Part shown: piece after piece, positions 1 through 12,513 of the stretch | Position numbering within the stretch: position 1 is the first letter of the stretch | Layout of the letters: the number at the start of each line of letters is the position of its first letter | Assembly: GCA_030704615.1 (NCBI GenBank) | Contig: CM060731.1 | Location: 74,028,001-74,092,000 of the forward strand | Source: Takakia lepidozioides | Lineage: Eukaryota; Plantae; Bryophyta | DNA: 64,000 nt | Reading direction: 5' to 3' | Notes under the pieces: model-generated | The model's input: only the letters and a program-made list of their open reading frames with translations | What the model was told of the DNA's origin: nothing | The model's database searches: none | Made by a program: the position numbers and the translations under genes

Positions 1-1223
1 CAGTGGAGAAGTGAGCCTTGACGGCTCCGCCCTTGTCTGGCGGGTGTGCCCGAGTGTGATGTGCAAAATTGTGTAAGTTTATTTTTGAGTACCTCCTCCA
101 AGAAGCTATAAGAAGATGAAACCTCTCTCTACTTTTCTCTGATGACCTGAATGAAAGGCCTTTTTGAATCTTGAACATTGTTTGTCTGCCATGTTTGGAT
201 CCTCCCCTCATCTCTCATGTTTAATGCAAAGCTCTGCTGCATCAATCCATAGATCCTTTGATCAAGCTCTACCTCTCCTGGCTGCACTTCCAAAGAGTGA
301 AATGTGAATCCAAGTGGCGGGGTCTCGTCCTTTCAATGGATCATCACCGTGTTACTGGCCCCCACCTCTGAGATTGTTGAAGCTTTTCTCAGCAATCCAG
401 CGATCTACTGGGGACGTGATAATAGAGAGGGCCGGCGTGGGCTCAGCGACACAGCCGCCGACACACCCACATAGTCCAACGTATTATACCAGGTATTTTA
501 AATACGTATACATAAATGGTATTTACTCTGTATTATACTAAAACATAAATAAGAATACATTGAGTATGTGTACGGGTAAGTAGTTACTGAATGTCGTTAG
601 ACTTTTACTACTGGGAAAAGTAATAACTTGAGCACGGACCGCGCGTACAATGGAGCACCAAGTCGCGCAGATACATCACGTGACCGCACGGTGACCGCAC
701 GGCAGCTGCTGCTGCACTTTATACCGCGCGTGCGGCAGCTTTAAAGATAGAGCACATGAATGTATGAATGAAATTTATTTCATCCATTCTTCCGTTCATT
801 TATGCGACGTTTGATCCAATAATAATCAGTTTTAAATGAAGAAATAATTTGTGGGTATTTCTAGCCTGCCACTTTGGGCCTCAGAAAATTAAATTAAAAC
901 AAATAAAAATAGAAACCCACAGGATTCACTGTTAAGGATGTATATAGGAAACATGACATGATTGTGACGACTAACTTTTAGCAGCTTTATGAGAAATGTG
1001 CCCAGGTATGTTACTTACAATCACTCACTTATTATACTCCAGTTTGTACAGGTGCAAAATTAACCATTTTGTTTAAAAGAAAGAAAAAAGAAAAAGGGAC
1101 CCTAGAAAAATAACTAAATTAAATTAAATTAAATCATGAGGTATGAAATTATTCAAAAAACAAAACAAAACAAAACAAAACATGTTGAAAATGAGAAAAC
1201 AAATGAGAAGAAAGGGAAAATTT

Positions 1224-1484
1224 CAGTAGCTCAGTTGGTTAGTGCACTGAGTGCCACCCAGATGATTCTGGGGTCAAATCCTGCTACTTGACGAGTGTGG
1301 TATACTCTCCCTGGGCGGTATCCCATTTCGGAGCCTTCACGGCACGGTTACTGTGAAAGAGGTTATTCCTCTCACTATCAAGGGGCCTGATTTGTAAGCT
1401 GTCGCGCCCCTTGAAATTCCAAATCTGCCACGTGAAGGGCCAGGTGTTTCCCTTTTGTTTTCAAAAAACAAAAACAAAAAAAAA
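1224..1484 (+). mobile_element. tRNA-derived SINE, copy 1
   Basis: tRNA-like head with an A box (TAGCTCAGTTGG) and a B-box-like GGTCAAATCC; GCC in the anticodon-like loop. Non-tRNA body ends GGTGTTTCCCT followed by an A-rich tail. A closely related copy lies at about 30220-30460. Confidence 0.8.
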
Positions 1485-3139
1485 GCAGGATTTATTATGT
1501 GGGCAGGACGAAATCTGAGGGGGGGGCAGGTTTTAAATAACGGGGTCAGGGCAGTCCCTGCGCGCCAGGCTCATTTAAGATCGTCACCTTTCCTCACTCG
1601 TCTTCCTACATCTGGTTCGAACGTCTTGAGAGCTCGACGCTGCTACTATTCTTAGATTGTTGTCATATGCTCGAGTTTAAGGGCTTGTTGTCGAAACTGT
1701 TGACATGCCATGTCTTTCTCTTCAAGCAACTGATGCTGAGTGACGTCCGGGTATATCTTTGATGGTCGATGTCTGTCTGTCTGTCTCTCCCTTCACTTTC
1801 CGAGGTCTATTCGGCTTTCCCCCACAGCCGTGTCACTTTGTTGTCTCTGTAGAATCCCTCCATACTTACACTGAAGCTGGAAGCTTATCCATCTTGAAAA
1901 AAAACATACAGTACATGCTCTAATATATGTGCTAGAATCTGCTCAGCTGTCCTGCGTATCGTCTTATCCTCTTCGTTTTCAGTCTTGGAAGTCTCGATTT
2001 CGTCACGTTGCCTGCAACTGGAACCACCCGAGATTTTCCAACGATGGTTGCGGACCGTCAGTGAGCTGCAGGCGCATCACATGTGACTTTCTTCAGACCA
2101 ACTGGTAAGACCTCTCCCCTTCTGGGTGGTTCAGTCTGTCAACACACCATGTGCACACAAAGTTCAGCTCTTTTCGATCTGGACAGTCTTCTTACAAGCA
2201 GTATATGTCTTCTTTGTACCTCCGGCCCATGCAGTCCAGTTTGTTTCCGCTCCAGCACGAGCTCTCGTCAGTGGTTTTTGAGGTCTCGAAGAATGCTCCT
2301 CTTTCACTTCTAGCCGGTATGTTTTGTTTGCCATCCACCTCTACAATGGCTGTTGGTGCATCTACTCATCTCAGCCTATAAGAAGACTGTCAGTCGGAGT
2401 GGTGCTTGTTGCCCCATCGAGAATGCCGTCAAGCTTATCTCTACAATCCCTCGAAAGTCTTACCCTGTTTTCTAACCAAATGCAAACTTGTAGAAATACA
2501 GGAAGCCAACTTGCTGCTGGGTTCGTGATTTGGACCAAATCGCCAACCCAATAATGCAAGGTGTGGACAGAGAAAAACTTTGCGTGTGCATTCGCGTATT
2601 AGTCAAGGTACAACAGTACTCGAATCTGATATATGTCCCGAAACGCCCACCACAACCCCTAGAGTCACGTGATCAAAATGACTTCACCTCGCAGTAAGTG
2701 AACGATATCTCCAGTTAGTTTCTAGTAGATGGTTGCAGCCCTGATTCTCCCTCCACCTGCCCTTTAATCTCACTACGTAGGACGTTGCTCTTTGTGCAGT
2801 CTCATTGGATATCTGGCAGCTGGATTCCATCGTTATCTGTCTCTAGTTCTTCGGTATTTACAGTGATGCATATTTGTTACATAGATTTTTGGCCATGTTG
2901 ATGCGCGAATGAAGAATCTGCAATGAGAAGACTGGCTATGTAACCATACATATTTTTTGAAGAACAACCTTAAATTGCAATGTCAAAATATTCTCTCTGT
3001 GTGCAGGTATATGGACGAGACAATATTTTACCGGACAGAGCCAGATCAACTGTGACAACACGTTGAGTGAGGGGGTTCTGGCCACTTTTGCGATACTCCC
3101 GGTCTGGAGACGGAGTTCGCCTCTACCGCTACCGCTACG

Positions 3140-6100
3140 ATGCCAGCGTTGAAGGTCCATGCATTGGGAGTTCGCCTGTGTAGCTTCCTCTCCATCATCG
3201 TACTCCTTCAAACACATGCCACGCTTGGACTGCCTGGGTCCTGGGAGGTTAGTTTCTAAAAGTTTCGTGTGGAGCCAAGTGCTGGCCAAGGAACTTAGTT
3301 GTATATCGCCTTTTTAGATTGGTAGGGCAATGCAATCACGGGAAGTAAATTTGACTTAGGATGTCCAACTGGCTTGAATAAAAGCTACAAATGTAAAATC
3401 AACCTTCCACAATCAGTGTCGAGTGCTGGAGAGGTCTTTTGGCAAAGCATGGGTCTACATGCTCTACAAGATCAGAGGACACAGCTGTCTGTTTCAAGTT
3501 ACCATGGATCTCATCACAAAAGGAAAACTTGCCCAGGGATATGATTTGCTGAAGACTTCCTTGTGTATCTGCAGCTCCTGTCAGAGAGTGTGGGAATCGC
3601 ATCAATGCACACAGCTGTCACTCACACAGGCACCGTGATGTTCCTTGATAGAACGAATGTGGGGCCATCCAAAATCAGCTTGGCTGATGGCAGGTGCCGC
3701 AACGATGCTAAGGATGCTGTAAGCCATATTTTTCAACTCAAGGCTTTCTCTTGGCATTTTAAGGAGTTGATGGACCGTTTTTTACTTGAAGTTATTCATT
3801 CCGAATACAGTCCTCGACAATAACGAGACTCAAATAGAACAAGCATTTCATCACGACAGTGACTAACTGGTCAAGCCCTCATTGAAAGCCCGTATCCATC
3901 CTTTAGAGGTCACTTGCATTTTTTCCTACGGACCATGCTGGTAGGGGAGCTTTAAAGGTGTGAACCCACCTCAACCCTGCTCTGTTCATAACTGGGGAAG
4001 GACTGGCATTCTTACTCCTGGTATGAACGTATGAACCAGCAGATGAAACGATTCGGAACTTCCTCGCCTGCAGTTACTAGTATCTCATTGTTTAGCACTC
4101 TTCTGACAAGAGACTTTGAGGTCACCTTTGGCATTCCGCATCTATCAGGCTGACGATTTGCTGGAAATTTCCTGGACCCAAGCAAAGAGGTAGAGAACAG
4201 CTTCCTGAGGTATCCAGATGACTGATTGATTAAAGGGCTACTTTCAGTTCAATTTGAGATAAATTTTCTCCCTGTTGTATCAGACATCTAACATTTGGGA
4301 TAGAGTCCTAAGGCCACATCTGCCCCATCCAATCACTGCAGGTATCAACACACGATTGCTCAGCGCACTCTGTGGAGTTCACACCAGGGCCGAATTCAGT
4401 GCGACCCCTTACGATCCTAACAGATACATGGTGCAGCTCAGGCCAGTTCCGGGCAGATGGGACTCTGGTTCAAACTGGGGGTGATCAGGACGGGGCCCAA
4501 AAAATCCGCTATTTCAAACCCTGTGCTCCAGGAGGCACCTGCGACTGGGTGGAGGACGAGGCAAACAATCTGCAAGTACGACGTTGGTACGCCTCAAACT
4601 TGCTGCTTCCTGATGGCTCTATGCTCGTGTTGGGGGGTCAGAACGCCTTCACGTACGAGTTTGTCCCTCCAAAAGCTGCGGGACAGGTTAGACTACCTTT
4701 TCTGCAGTCTACCAAATTTAGGCCCGGAGATGAGGACAACTTGTACCCCTTTCTGCATCTACTGCCCGATGGAAGTGTGTTCATCTTTGCCAGAAGGGAT
4801 TCCATCATCTTCGACGTGGCTACAGGTACCTAATCAGAGAGTCCCAGTCAGTTTCCCGTTTTTTTCACACTGAGATTGTGAAGGAGAGTTCGGGAGGAAA
4901 ACGCTCACGTGTGTTTCTCCTCTTTGATATTTGTATCAGGATTTGTACAGTATCTATAATCCACATCGCGGCCACACATTCTTCTCAGACTTACATAGTT
5001 CATCTTCCCCAGCTGTGAGAGGGCACCATGATATTCAAATAACACTCCCGGGTTACAGTTTCCTATGAACAGTAAGTTGAGGAGTATCTCAGCTCCTTAC
5101 AATCACACTGACACCGTTAATCATACTACAGCTTCATACTGGACTAAAAATCCATCCCCTGCCTGCTGGCAACGTAGTAACACCTTGACTCCTGCTTAAG
5201 TATACCCTCTGAGTTCAATCTCACTCAAACTCTCTTCTTCACGGCTCTACTGACCACAAACACCCCGCCTTGCAGGCAATGTTTTGCGGCAGCTACCCTC
5301 CATACCAGGAGAAGCTCGGAACTACCCAGCACAGGGGTCATCAGCAATGCTTCCTCTGGACAGCGCCAACGGCTACAGCAAGGTCACAGTGGTGGTCTGC
5401 GGGGGCGGCGACGAGAACGCCTACGAAGATCCCAAAGCACAGCTCCCAGCCTCCAGCACCTGCGGCTCCATCGACCCCACCTCGGCCGCCCCGCAGTGGA
5501 CCATGAGGACCATGCCCCTGCGCAGAGTGATGGGCGACCTCGTGCTGCTGCCCGACGGCCGCCTCCTGCTCATCAACGGTGCGCAGAACGGGGCGGCCGG
5601 GTGGGGCGGGGCCTCCAACCCGGCGCTCAACCCGGTGGTCTTCGACCCGGCGGACGGCAGCTTCACCCTGCAGACGCCGACCACCGTGCCGCGCGTCTAC
5701 CACTCCACGGCCGCGCTGCTGCCCGACGGCCGCGTTATCGTCGCCGGAAGTAACACGCACGAGTTCTACACGTTCTCCGGGCCCTTCCCGACCGAACTTC
5801 GCGTCGAGGCTTTCCGGCCCGATTACCTGTCCCCGGCCTCCGACTCCCAACGCCCCGTCGTCCACGCTGCCCCTGCCGAGGTCCGTCCACATCCATCCAT
5901 CCATCTAAGCATCAATCCGTCATCCATCTATTTTGCAACCCTTGCAACGCCCCCAATTCGTCTTCTAACTGTGGGTTGACCGGTTCTGCAGGTTGGCTAC
6001 GGACAACGTTTCACCGTAACCGTCACAGTGCCAGCACCGCAAGGCGGTTTCCAGCTCCGACTTGCCAGCGCCCCATACGTGACCCACTCGTTCTCGCAGG

Positions 6101-6273
6101 GGCAGCGCCAGCTCCTGCTCCCCATTTTTGGCGTGCAAATTACAGGCCAGAACTTGTACACCATCTCCAGTCAGGGTCCTCCCGGACCTAACCTTGCTCC
6201 GGCCGCGTATTACATGTTGTTCCCAGTGCAGAACGGGATTCCAGGACCTGCTACGTGGGTACATGTTGCATAA
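3140..6273 (+). CDS. Secreted glyoxal/galactose-oxidase-like copper-radical oxidase (plant GLOX family), 5 exons
   Basis: Exons 3140-3247 (signal peptide ...LPGSWE), 3575-3718, 4342-4825, 5276-5880 and 5992-6273. All introns are GT-AG and phase-consistent. Catalytic motifs WCSSG (Cys), RRWYAS (Tyr), PRVYHS (Tyr-His) and THSFSQGQR (His) are present. Confidence 0.92.
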
Positions 6274-7035
6274 TCTATTTCATCTCCCGCCAACGGAGAA
6301 CCCTCGCACCATCCCTCATTTTTGCATCATTAATTTGTCAATGGTTAGCACTCGTTTATCATACTTACCGCTTGTTTCCATCGGTCTATTTGTATGGGAA
6401 TGGCTCTTCCCCAAGGAGTTCTCATGTTTGAGATCATGTCACATTCTTGAAAACATGTTTCCCTGCCTAAAGAACTGCTGGGAAATTTCCGCTCTAAAAG
6501 GGCACCTCATGGATCCCATGAGAAACTTGCTAGGAAATTGTACTGAAAATACAATCAAAAGTTCCCAATAGTTCTTTATGTGACAGAAACTGTATCCTAT
6601 AATGTTTGCAAATTTATATTATACGGATGTGTTGTATAAAGTATGCCTATGGCGGAGTTCTTTGGGTCACACATGCCTCTAGGTGAAATGGCCATGCGCT
6701 CCTGTGTAATGTTGTGCAACCTATGCCTGGACGAAAGAAATGGCACATTTTCTTCTCATCCGACAAGTAGTTCATAATATAGAAACAAGCTGCTAGTCGG
6801 GTATGGCTCTTCTTTATGAATAGTGAATCTACTTTCATCCATCATAAACTTGACAATGCATCCATTGTTTAGGGCACAAAGCCTCTTTACAAATGTTGGA
6901 GATTTGGGCAACGGTTAAGGTTGTTAGAAGGTCCAATCAGAATAGTAATTTTTCAGATGAAATGACACCATAAGTTACATTGGCTCCGACATGAACTTTT
7001 AGATGGTAGAACTTGTCTGGGAGGGATGAAAGTCT

Positions 7036-7500
7036 ACTGATTTAGCCATATCTAATCATTTTTTTCCCCATATAGCCTATGACCAGATTTGAACTGGAGA
7101 CCTCTCCCTTGTTGTCTCTCCCGTGAAGGCTCCAACCATTCTCCCTGGAATGCCCACTTTGCTATTTTTCCCGAATTTCCAACGGCCCAACGTCATCTAA
7201 GTAAGTTTATTTTTCCGAAGAGCCTACGACCAAATTTGAACCGGAGACCTTTCCCTTGATATCTCTTCCCTCGAGGCTCCAACCATTGTCCCGGAATGCC
7301 CACTTTGCCATTTTTGCTATTTTTTGTGAATTTCCAACTTGTCCAAAAATCATGAGACCAACCCGGTGCACCCCTCCTCATTGAGGGCTTTCCAACGGTA
7401 CCAAGCACCAGCGCCGGGCCTCACGGTTTGGGAGATCTCAACGACGCTACAAACAAACAAACAAAACAAAACAAAACAAACATCTCGCTTCATGTATTGA
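7036..7500. repeat. Dispersed non-coding repeat; inverted copy at about 29035-29500 and partial copy at about 29720-29800
   Basis: Long reverse-complement match to 29035-29500. Both give similar spurious ORFs (VGKPSMRRGAP.WSHDFWTS), and each has an internal duplication. Confidence 0.8.
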
Positions 7501-8361
7501 TCTTTATTTCTTAAATGGTTAAAGTCCAAGGTACCAAAGGAGCAATATATCTTGTGGGCCATGATGGGCCCACTTGTTTTACCCCTAAATTGCTATAGGT
7601 AGATGTCCTCTAATGAAAATTGCTCCAGAAAAGATGGGCCACATTAAGCGCTTTCCAATGGTATTTTTGGTTTTTTTTGTTACCATTTCAGGTAGAAAAG
7701 ATATTAATGAGATATGAATGAGTCATGATAGGAACAAGGTGCGCCACATGCTCACATTGACATCCTCTACTTCTATCCAGTTTTGATAGCAGATAAAGTC
7801 AGAATCTCATTTAACTTTCAACTAAGAAAAGCGGTCTAATCTTAAGAGCTCCCCTTAATTAGAGTGAGACTATAAAGTAACTACTTTCCGGTAGTTCATT
7901 TCCTTTGTGTACGTGGACATTTCATGCGCCCGGTCCCATTGCATATATCTAGCACTCCGAGTTTGACTTGTTCCAAGCGGAAGTAGAGAAGTAATATGAG
8001 AGTTGTAAGTTGACCCACTCAGTTGTATATTGGGTCAGCCCACAAATATAGGTTGTTACAAATCGTAGAACTTCAAACCTCAATGTCGGTGCCAAGAAGT
8101 CAAGCTCTTGTGCCAAGAACCAGCACAGTTTTCAGTATAATAAGGGCCCTACCACACTAGGGGCACACCGACGGCACGTGGACGTTGCACGCTAGGGATT
8201 GTTGGATAATATAGGTCCATGTCACGAAGCGGCAATGAATCTGTTATAGTGTACAAGCCCAACGGCCAAAAAAATCGCAACTACCTTGTCTTTGGTTCTA
8301 AAAATAACTAGTTCCTAGAAACGTTTGGGGGAGAATCGTGTCAGGACAAAGTGTCCTCCTG

Positions 8362-8455
8362 AAATTGTGGATTTCCGGGGACACCGCGTGGAAATCCGTA
8401 TTTTTCCTAAAATTGTGGATTTCCGGGGACACTGCGTGGAAATCCGTATTTTTAG
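8362..8455. repeat. Two-copy tandem repeat, unit about 48 bp
   Basis: AAATTGTGGATTTCCGGGGACAC(C/T)GCGTGGAAATCCGTATTTTT occurs twice in tandem. Confidence 0.8.
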
Positions 8456-8982
8456 GGAATGTGACATGTAGGCGCCAAGTCGGAGCCATGTAAACGCCTC
8501 TTCGTGTGGTAGGTAGGTAGAGCGGCACACTGCCCTCCCTTAAACCAATAGAGGGTCCGAAATTGAGTGCAGCTACCCCTCTTGCCGCTAGTGTGGTACG
8601 GCCCTAAGATTTTCCTTAATACCCGGGCCTGCCCAATAAGTTCAGCTGACTGAATGGGTGCGACGGATGCCTCTGTTAGAAACCCCGTTGTCGTCTTTTT
8701 CATCCATTGCAGTCTTGGTTGAACCAGTCAGCCCACGCAGTCTTGTTTGACCAGAAGGTCGCATATGCATGTGATTTTTGTAAAGCTCTCGTTTTTAAGA
8801 AAGACTCATTAGACGTCTGTGCTTGTGTGCGAGATAGAGCATAGAATAAACTTTGAGAGAGAGCGAGTGGCGCGACAGACAAATGCAGAGGGAGAGAGAG
8901 ATTCCCGCATTTCGTCAGGCCACAAGATCGGATTGAGACAAGGTGTGCAGGGCGAGAGGTCGGAGGGAATCTAGTGCGAGAA

Positions 8983-11900
8983 ATGGAGGGAACGATGCAC
9001 CAATTGCAGTACTCTAAGTATCATGGAGGCAGTTCAGCTCTTCAGGCATTGCACTTTCGCTCCTCTTCTGTGTCTTCCAGTAATTTGGTTGGATGGTTAC
9101 ACGCATGAAATTCCATACGATGCTTGAGGACGAAGCATTTAGTCGTCTTTTTTTACCAAATAGAAAGTACTCTCTGTCTGTCTCTACTGGCATTGAATCC
9201 GCCATACCCTTGCTGCTATGTTGGGTACCATAAACAGTTCAAGAATCCGAGCAAGAATTTCTCCTCTGTAGGCACAATTCTGTTCTGGATAGAATTACTA
9301 GTGACACGCCTAGGCCCTCTTTCTCGCCAGTAGGAGTATGCAGTTGGGTGATCTCTATGCTTCACTCCCTCTCTCCATAAGTGTATGGATGTCCGCCCTC
9401 TGACATGGCTGAAGAAGCGTCGTATCTGGAGTGAAAGGTCATTGCCCTCTGTTTCACCTACCATTCCCCCGTAAGTTTCTTGCGTGCATGAACGAAATGG
9501 ATTGCTGATGCCAGGTACTCTTTGTGATGATGATGATGAGTGCAGCATGTGGATGTGCCAATCCCCTCTCCCAGGGCGGGGGAGCTCCTGATCAAGGTCG
9601 AGGCAGCCTCTGTGAATCCGGTTGATTGGAGAATTCAGGATGGCTTGGCCAAGTACATCCTGCCTCGCAAGTTCCCATATGTTCCAGGTATCATTTTGAA
9701 TACTGCGGGGTAGCGATCCATTGACGGATCACTACTTCCATGGAATGCTGATCTCATCATAGTGAGCTAAGATGTAATTGTACCTCGAGCCCATCTTGTC
9801 GAACTGATTTTGAGCTGGTTTCTTTTTTGTTGGTTGCAGGCTCAGACATTACAGGCGAGGTAGTGAGTTTGGGTCCGCAAGTGACCGGCTTCAAACCAGG
9901 GGACAAGGTTATCAGCTACTTGAACGTACTGGTATGGCCCTTTTCTTTACTTGTCTCTTTCCATTAGACTCGGAGAAAGCATTTCCTAAGTTTGTCTAGA
10001 ACTAGCATCAGCGTAGATTTTTTTCTTTACGTGAGCATCTGTCAAGTCAGTTGAGTTGAGGAATCCCTATTTTCAACTTGCCATGGAAGCTTTTCCTTCT
10101 GCAAGGGACACAGTCTGTTTATTTGTGATATAAGAGGAGAGACTACAGGAAGGCTTGAAGAAAAGAGACCCACAAACAGTCAGAATCAGTTTACCTGCCT
10201 CAAGGGGTTAGATTTGTAGTGGGATTTATAATCTTGCAATGACCTGTGACATGGTCAATGGAGTGAATCCTCACAAGTCTCAGCTCAACGGGTTTTGGTA
10301 CTTGCAGCTACTTTGAGGGAAAGGAAACTTTGTCTGGAATTTTACAAGCCTTGAAGTCAACGGAAGCTTTCCTTTATCAGACTTAAATTTGGCCTTGTTA
10401 CTGGTTTAGTGGAAAGAGCTAAAAGCAGTTGTAGAATTCTGTGGGGATCAATGCAAGCAGAAGGGGGGCTCGTTGGCAGAGTACGCAGTATCAGCGGCTA
10501 GCACTACCGTCATAAGGGCACCAGGGATTTCAGCAGAACAGGGGGCCTGCCTCCCTGTTGCTGGATTCTCAGCAATACAAAGCGTGCGCAACTTAGCAGG
10601 CATACAATTGGATGGAAGCTCCCAAGGGCTGAATGTCCTCATTACAGCAGCCTCTGGGGGCGTTGGAATCTATGCTGTGCAGGTTGGATGTCTCTCTCTC
10701 TCTCCCTCCCAGCCTGAATAGAATGTACATTGTCCGGGATATTCTCACCAGAGAGTAACCCTCTTCAGGAACATCAACAACATTGTTCCTGCAGCTCTGT
10801 TCACCAACTTTGAAATCTTGAGGCTGAGCCTAAGCCCTGGCCCTGTTGGGGTCTAATTGCTGGGCAGCTCACACACATCAAGTGGATGCTTGTGTGAAGG
10901 GCTTTCTAGAGGATATCTGGAAAGCCCGAATAATCGGCTCTATCAAGGTAAGTCTCACTACCAGAGTGATCCCCTCACCAGTAGTGCCTCTTCCCTTTTG
11001 GTTCACCCAAGCTGGGCTTGGGATATGGCCACAAGGCTACGGCAAACAACGTCTGATGAGTACAATCTCTCCCTCCCATTGGTCCTCGGGCCCCCTTGTG
11101 GATGTTATCTAGAGTTTCCTTAATTTTCTCTCTCATGTTTGTCTGTTTCTTCTTTCTTCCTCTCATGCCCTTTATTGTGCTCCCCTTGTTCAAAACTGGG
11201 CACGAGGACTAGGGCAGGAGGTTAGGACAAGTAAGGTATATTGACTAGATCTCTCATACCTTTCTCTTTCAACATTACTGGCAGTGCAATCAAGCTGCAT
11301 GTCCACACCTCTTGCTAGAAGGATAGAGCAGCAGTGCTGGAATCATCGTATGATGTTAATCCCACCCTATAAAAATTAACACTCAACACTCCAATACCTG
11401 TCAGTGACCCTATTGATTCATATGAGTTTTCTGAAGCAGTAGCAGGACATCTTAACCTACATTGCACCAAGCAATTTGACCAATTACCCGGGATAGAAAA
11501 AGTGGTCTGATTGACAAATTTGTGTGTGTGGTGCAGCTTGCAAAGCTTGGAGGTACCCACCTGACAGTGACATGTGGGGCCCGCAATGTAGAATTGCTCA
11601 AAAGCCTTGGGGCTGATGAGGTTTTGGACTATAAGACCACTGAAGGTGAAAGGTATGAGAGCCCCTCAGGGAAAAAATATGATGTGGTCATCAACTGCGC
11701 ACACTATGTACCCCTTGCCAAGTTCAAGCCCCAGCTCAAGCCCATTGCCAAAGTAATTGACATGACGCCAATCATAACAAGTGTTGCAGCAAGTTTGTAC
11801 AATAGATTCACATTCGCAAAGCAGAAGTTTGTTTGCTTCTACCTGTCGACCAATGGACCAGATTTGCAGACACTGGCAGACCTTCTGAAAGAGGGAAAGT

Positions 11901-12004
11901 TGAGAGGCATTGTGGACTCCACATTTCCATTGAGACAGGCAGGGCAGGCTTGGGATCGCAGTAGTGGAAGGCATGCCACTGGGAAGGTCCTTGTCACGAT
12001 GTAA
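8983..12004 (+). CDS. ceQORH: Chloroplast envelope quinone oxidoreductase homolog-like (MDR family), paralogue 1, 5 exons
   Basis: Exons 8983-9045 (MEGTMHQLQYSKYHGGSSALQ, GC donor), 9546-9687, 9840-9931, 10461-10682 and 11537-12004. Motifs SVNPVDW, LITAASGGVG, LGADEVLDYK and GRHATGKV. Confidence 0.9.
10712..11065 (+). mobile_element. Old 5'-truncated RTE/RTEX-like LINE copy in ceQORH-1 intron 4
   Basis: Diverged match to the 3' end of the 14222 and 34568 copies, ending ATGAGTACAA. The 13-bp TSD TCTCTCCCTCCCA is at 10699-10711 and 11066-11078. Confidence 0.85.
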
Positions 12005-12513
12005 AAGATGTTCTGTGCATGCGCATGTTACATTAGATAAACCCAAGTTTTGTCACAGAAAATTGACTCAACAGCATATATGTGAAATGGACATTCGATC
12101 CATTGCGTGGATTCATGTGAGACATTTTATTGAATAACATATTTTTACTCTTAATCTACTCATCTCTCTAACCAGCTATGATCTTTGCAAACGTTGAAGA
12201 AACAAAAATATAAAGAAACTTCGATAAACTTATCAAGTTCACAAAGCCGGCATGGCTTCTCGCATCCATCTTCACCCCCACCAGTATCTGTGACATCCCC
12301 TTACCTTCCATCGATGAGGGAGGCCTGAATCTTCAGTCTGGGATTGGCATCACAGAACTTGGGTGCACTTGCAATTCTTTTCCTGAAGAATGACATAAGC
12401 TGCTTGGCTACTTTGGTTACACCTAATCTTTGCTAACCTTTCTTCTTTGCCTGCGGTCCTCTCCACGTCTTTGATATTTCACTTGCTGCCAGACAAGTAT
12501 CGGAGTGTCAGAC

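Noticed and set aside
1-471. Possible LTR end at the window start
   Set aside because: It looks LTR-like and ends in CA, but no partner repeat, PBS or TSD is available in the window.
1224-1292. Functional tRNA-Gly gene (also at about 30229)
   Set aside because: The acceptor and T stems do not pair properly, and the sequence continues into a shared body and A-rich tail, so it is a SINE head.
5341-5908. Overlapping and antisense ORFs in GLOX exon 4
   Set aside because: These are by-products of high GC; only one frame carries the family motifs.
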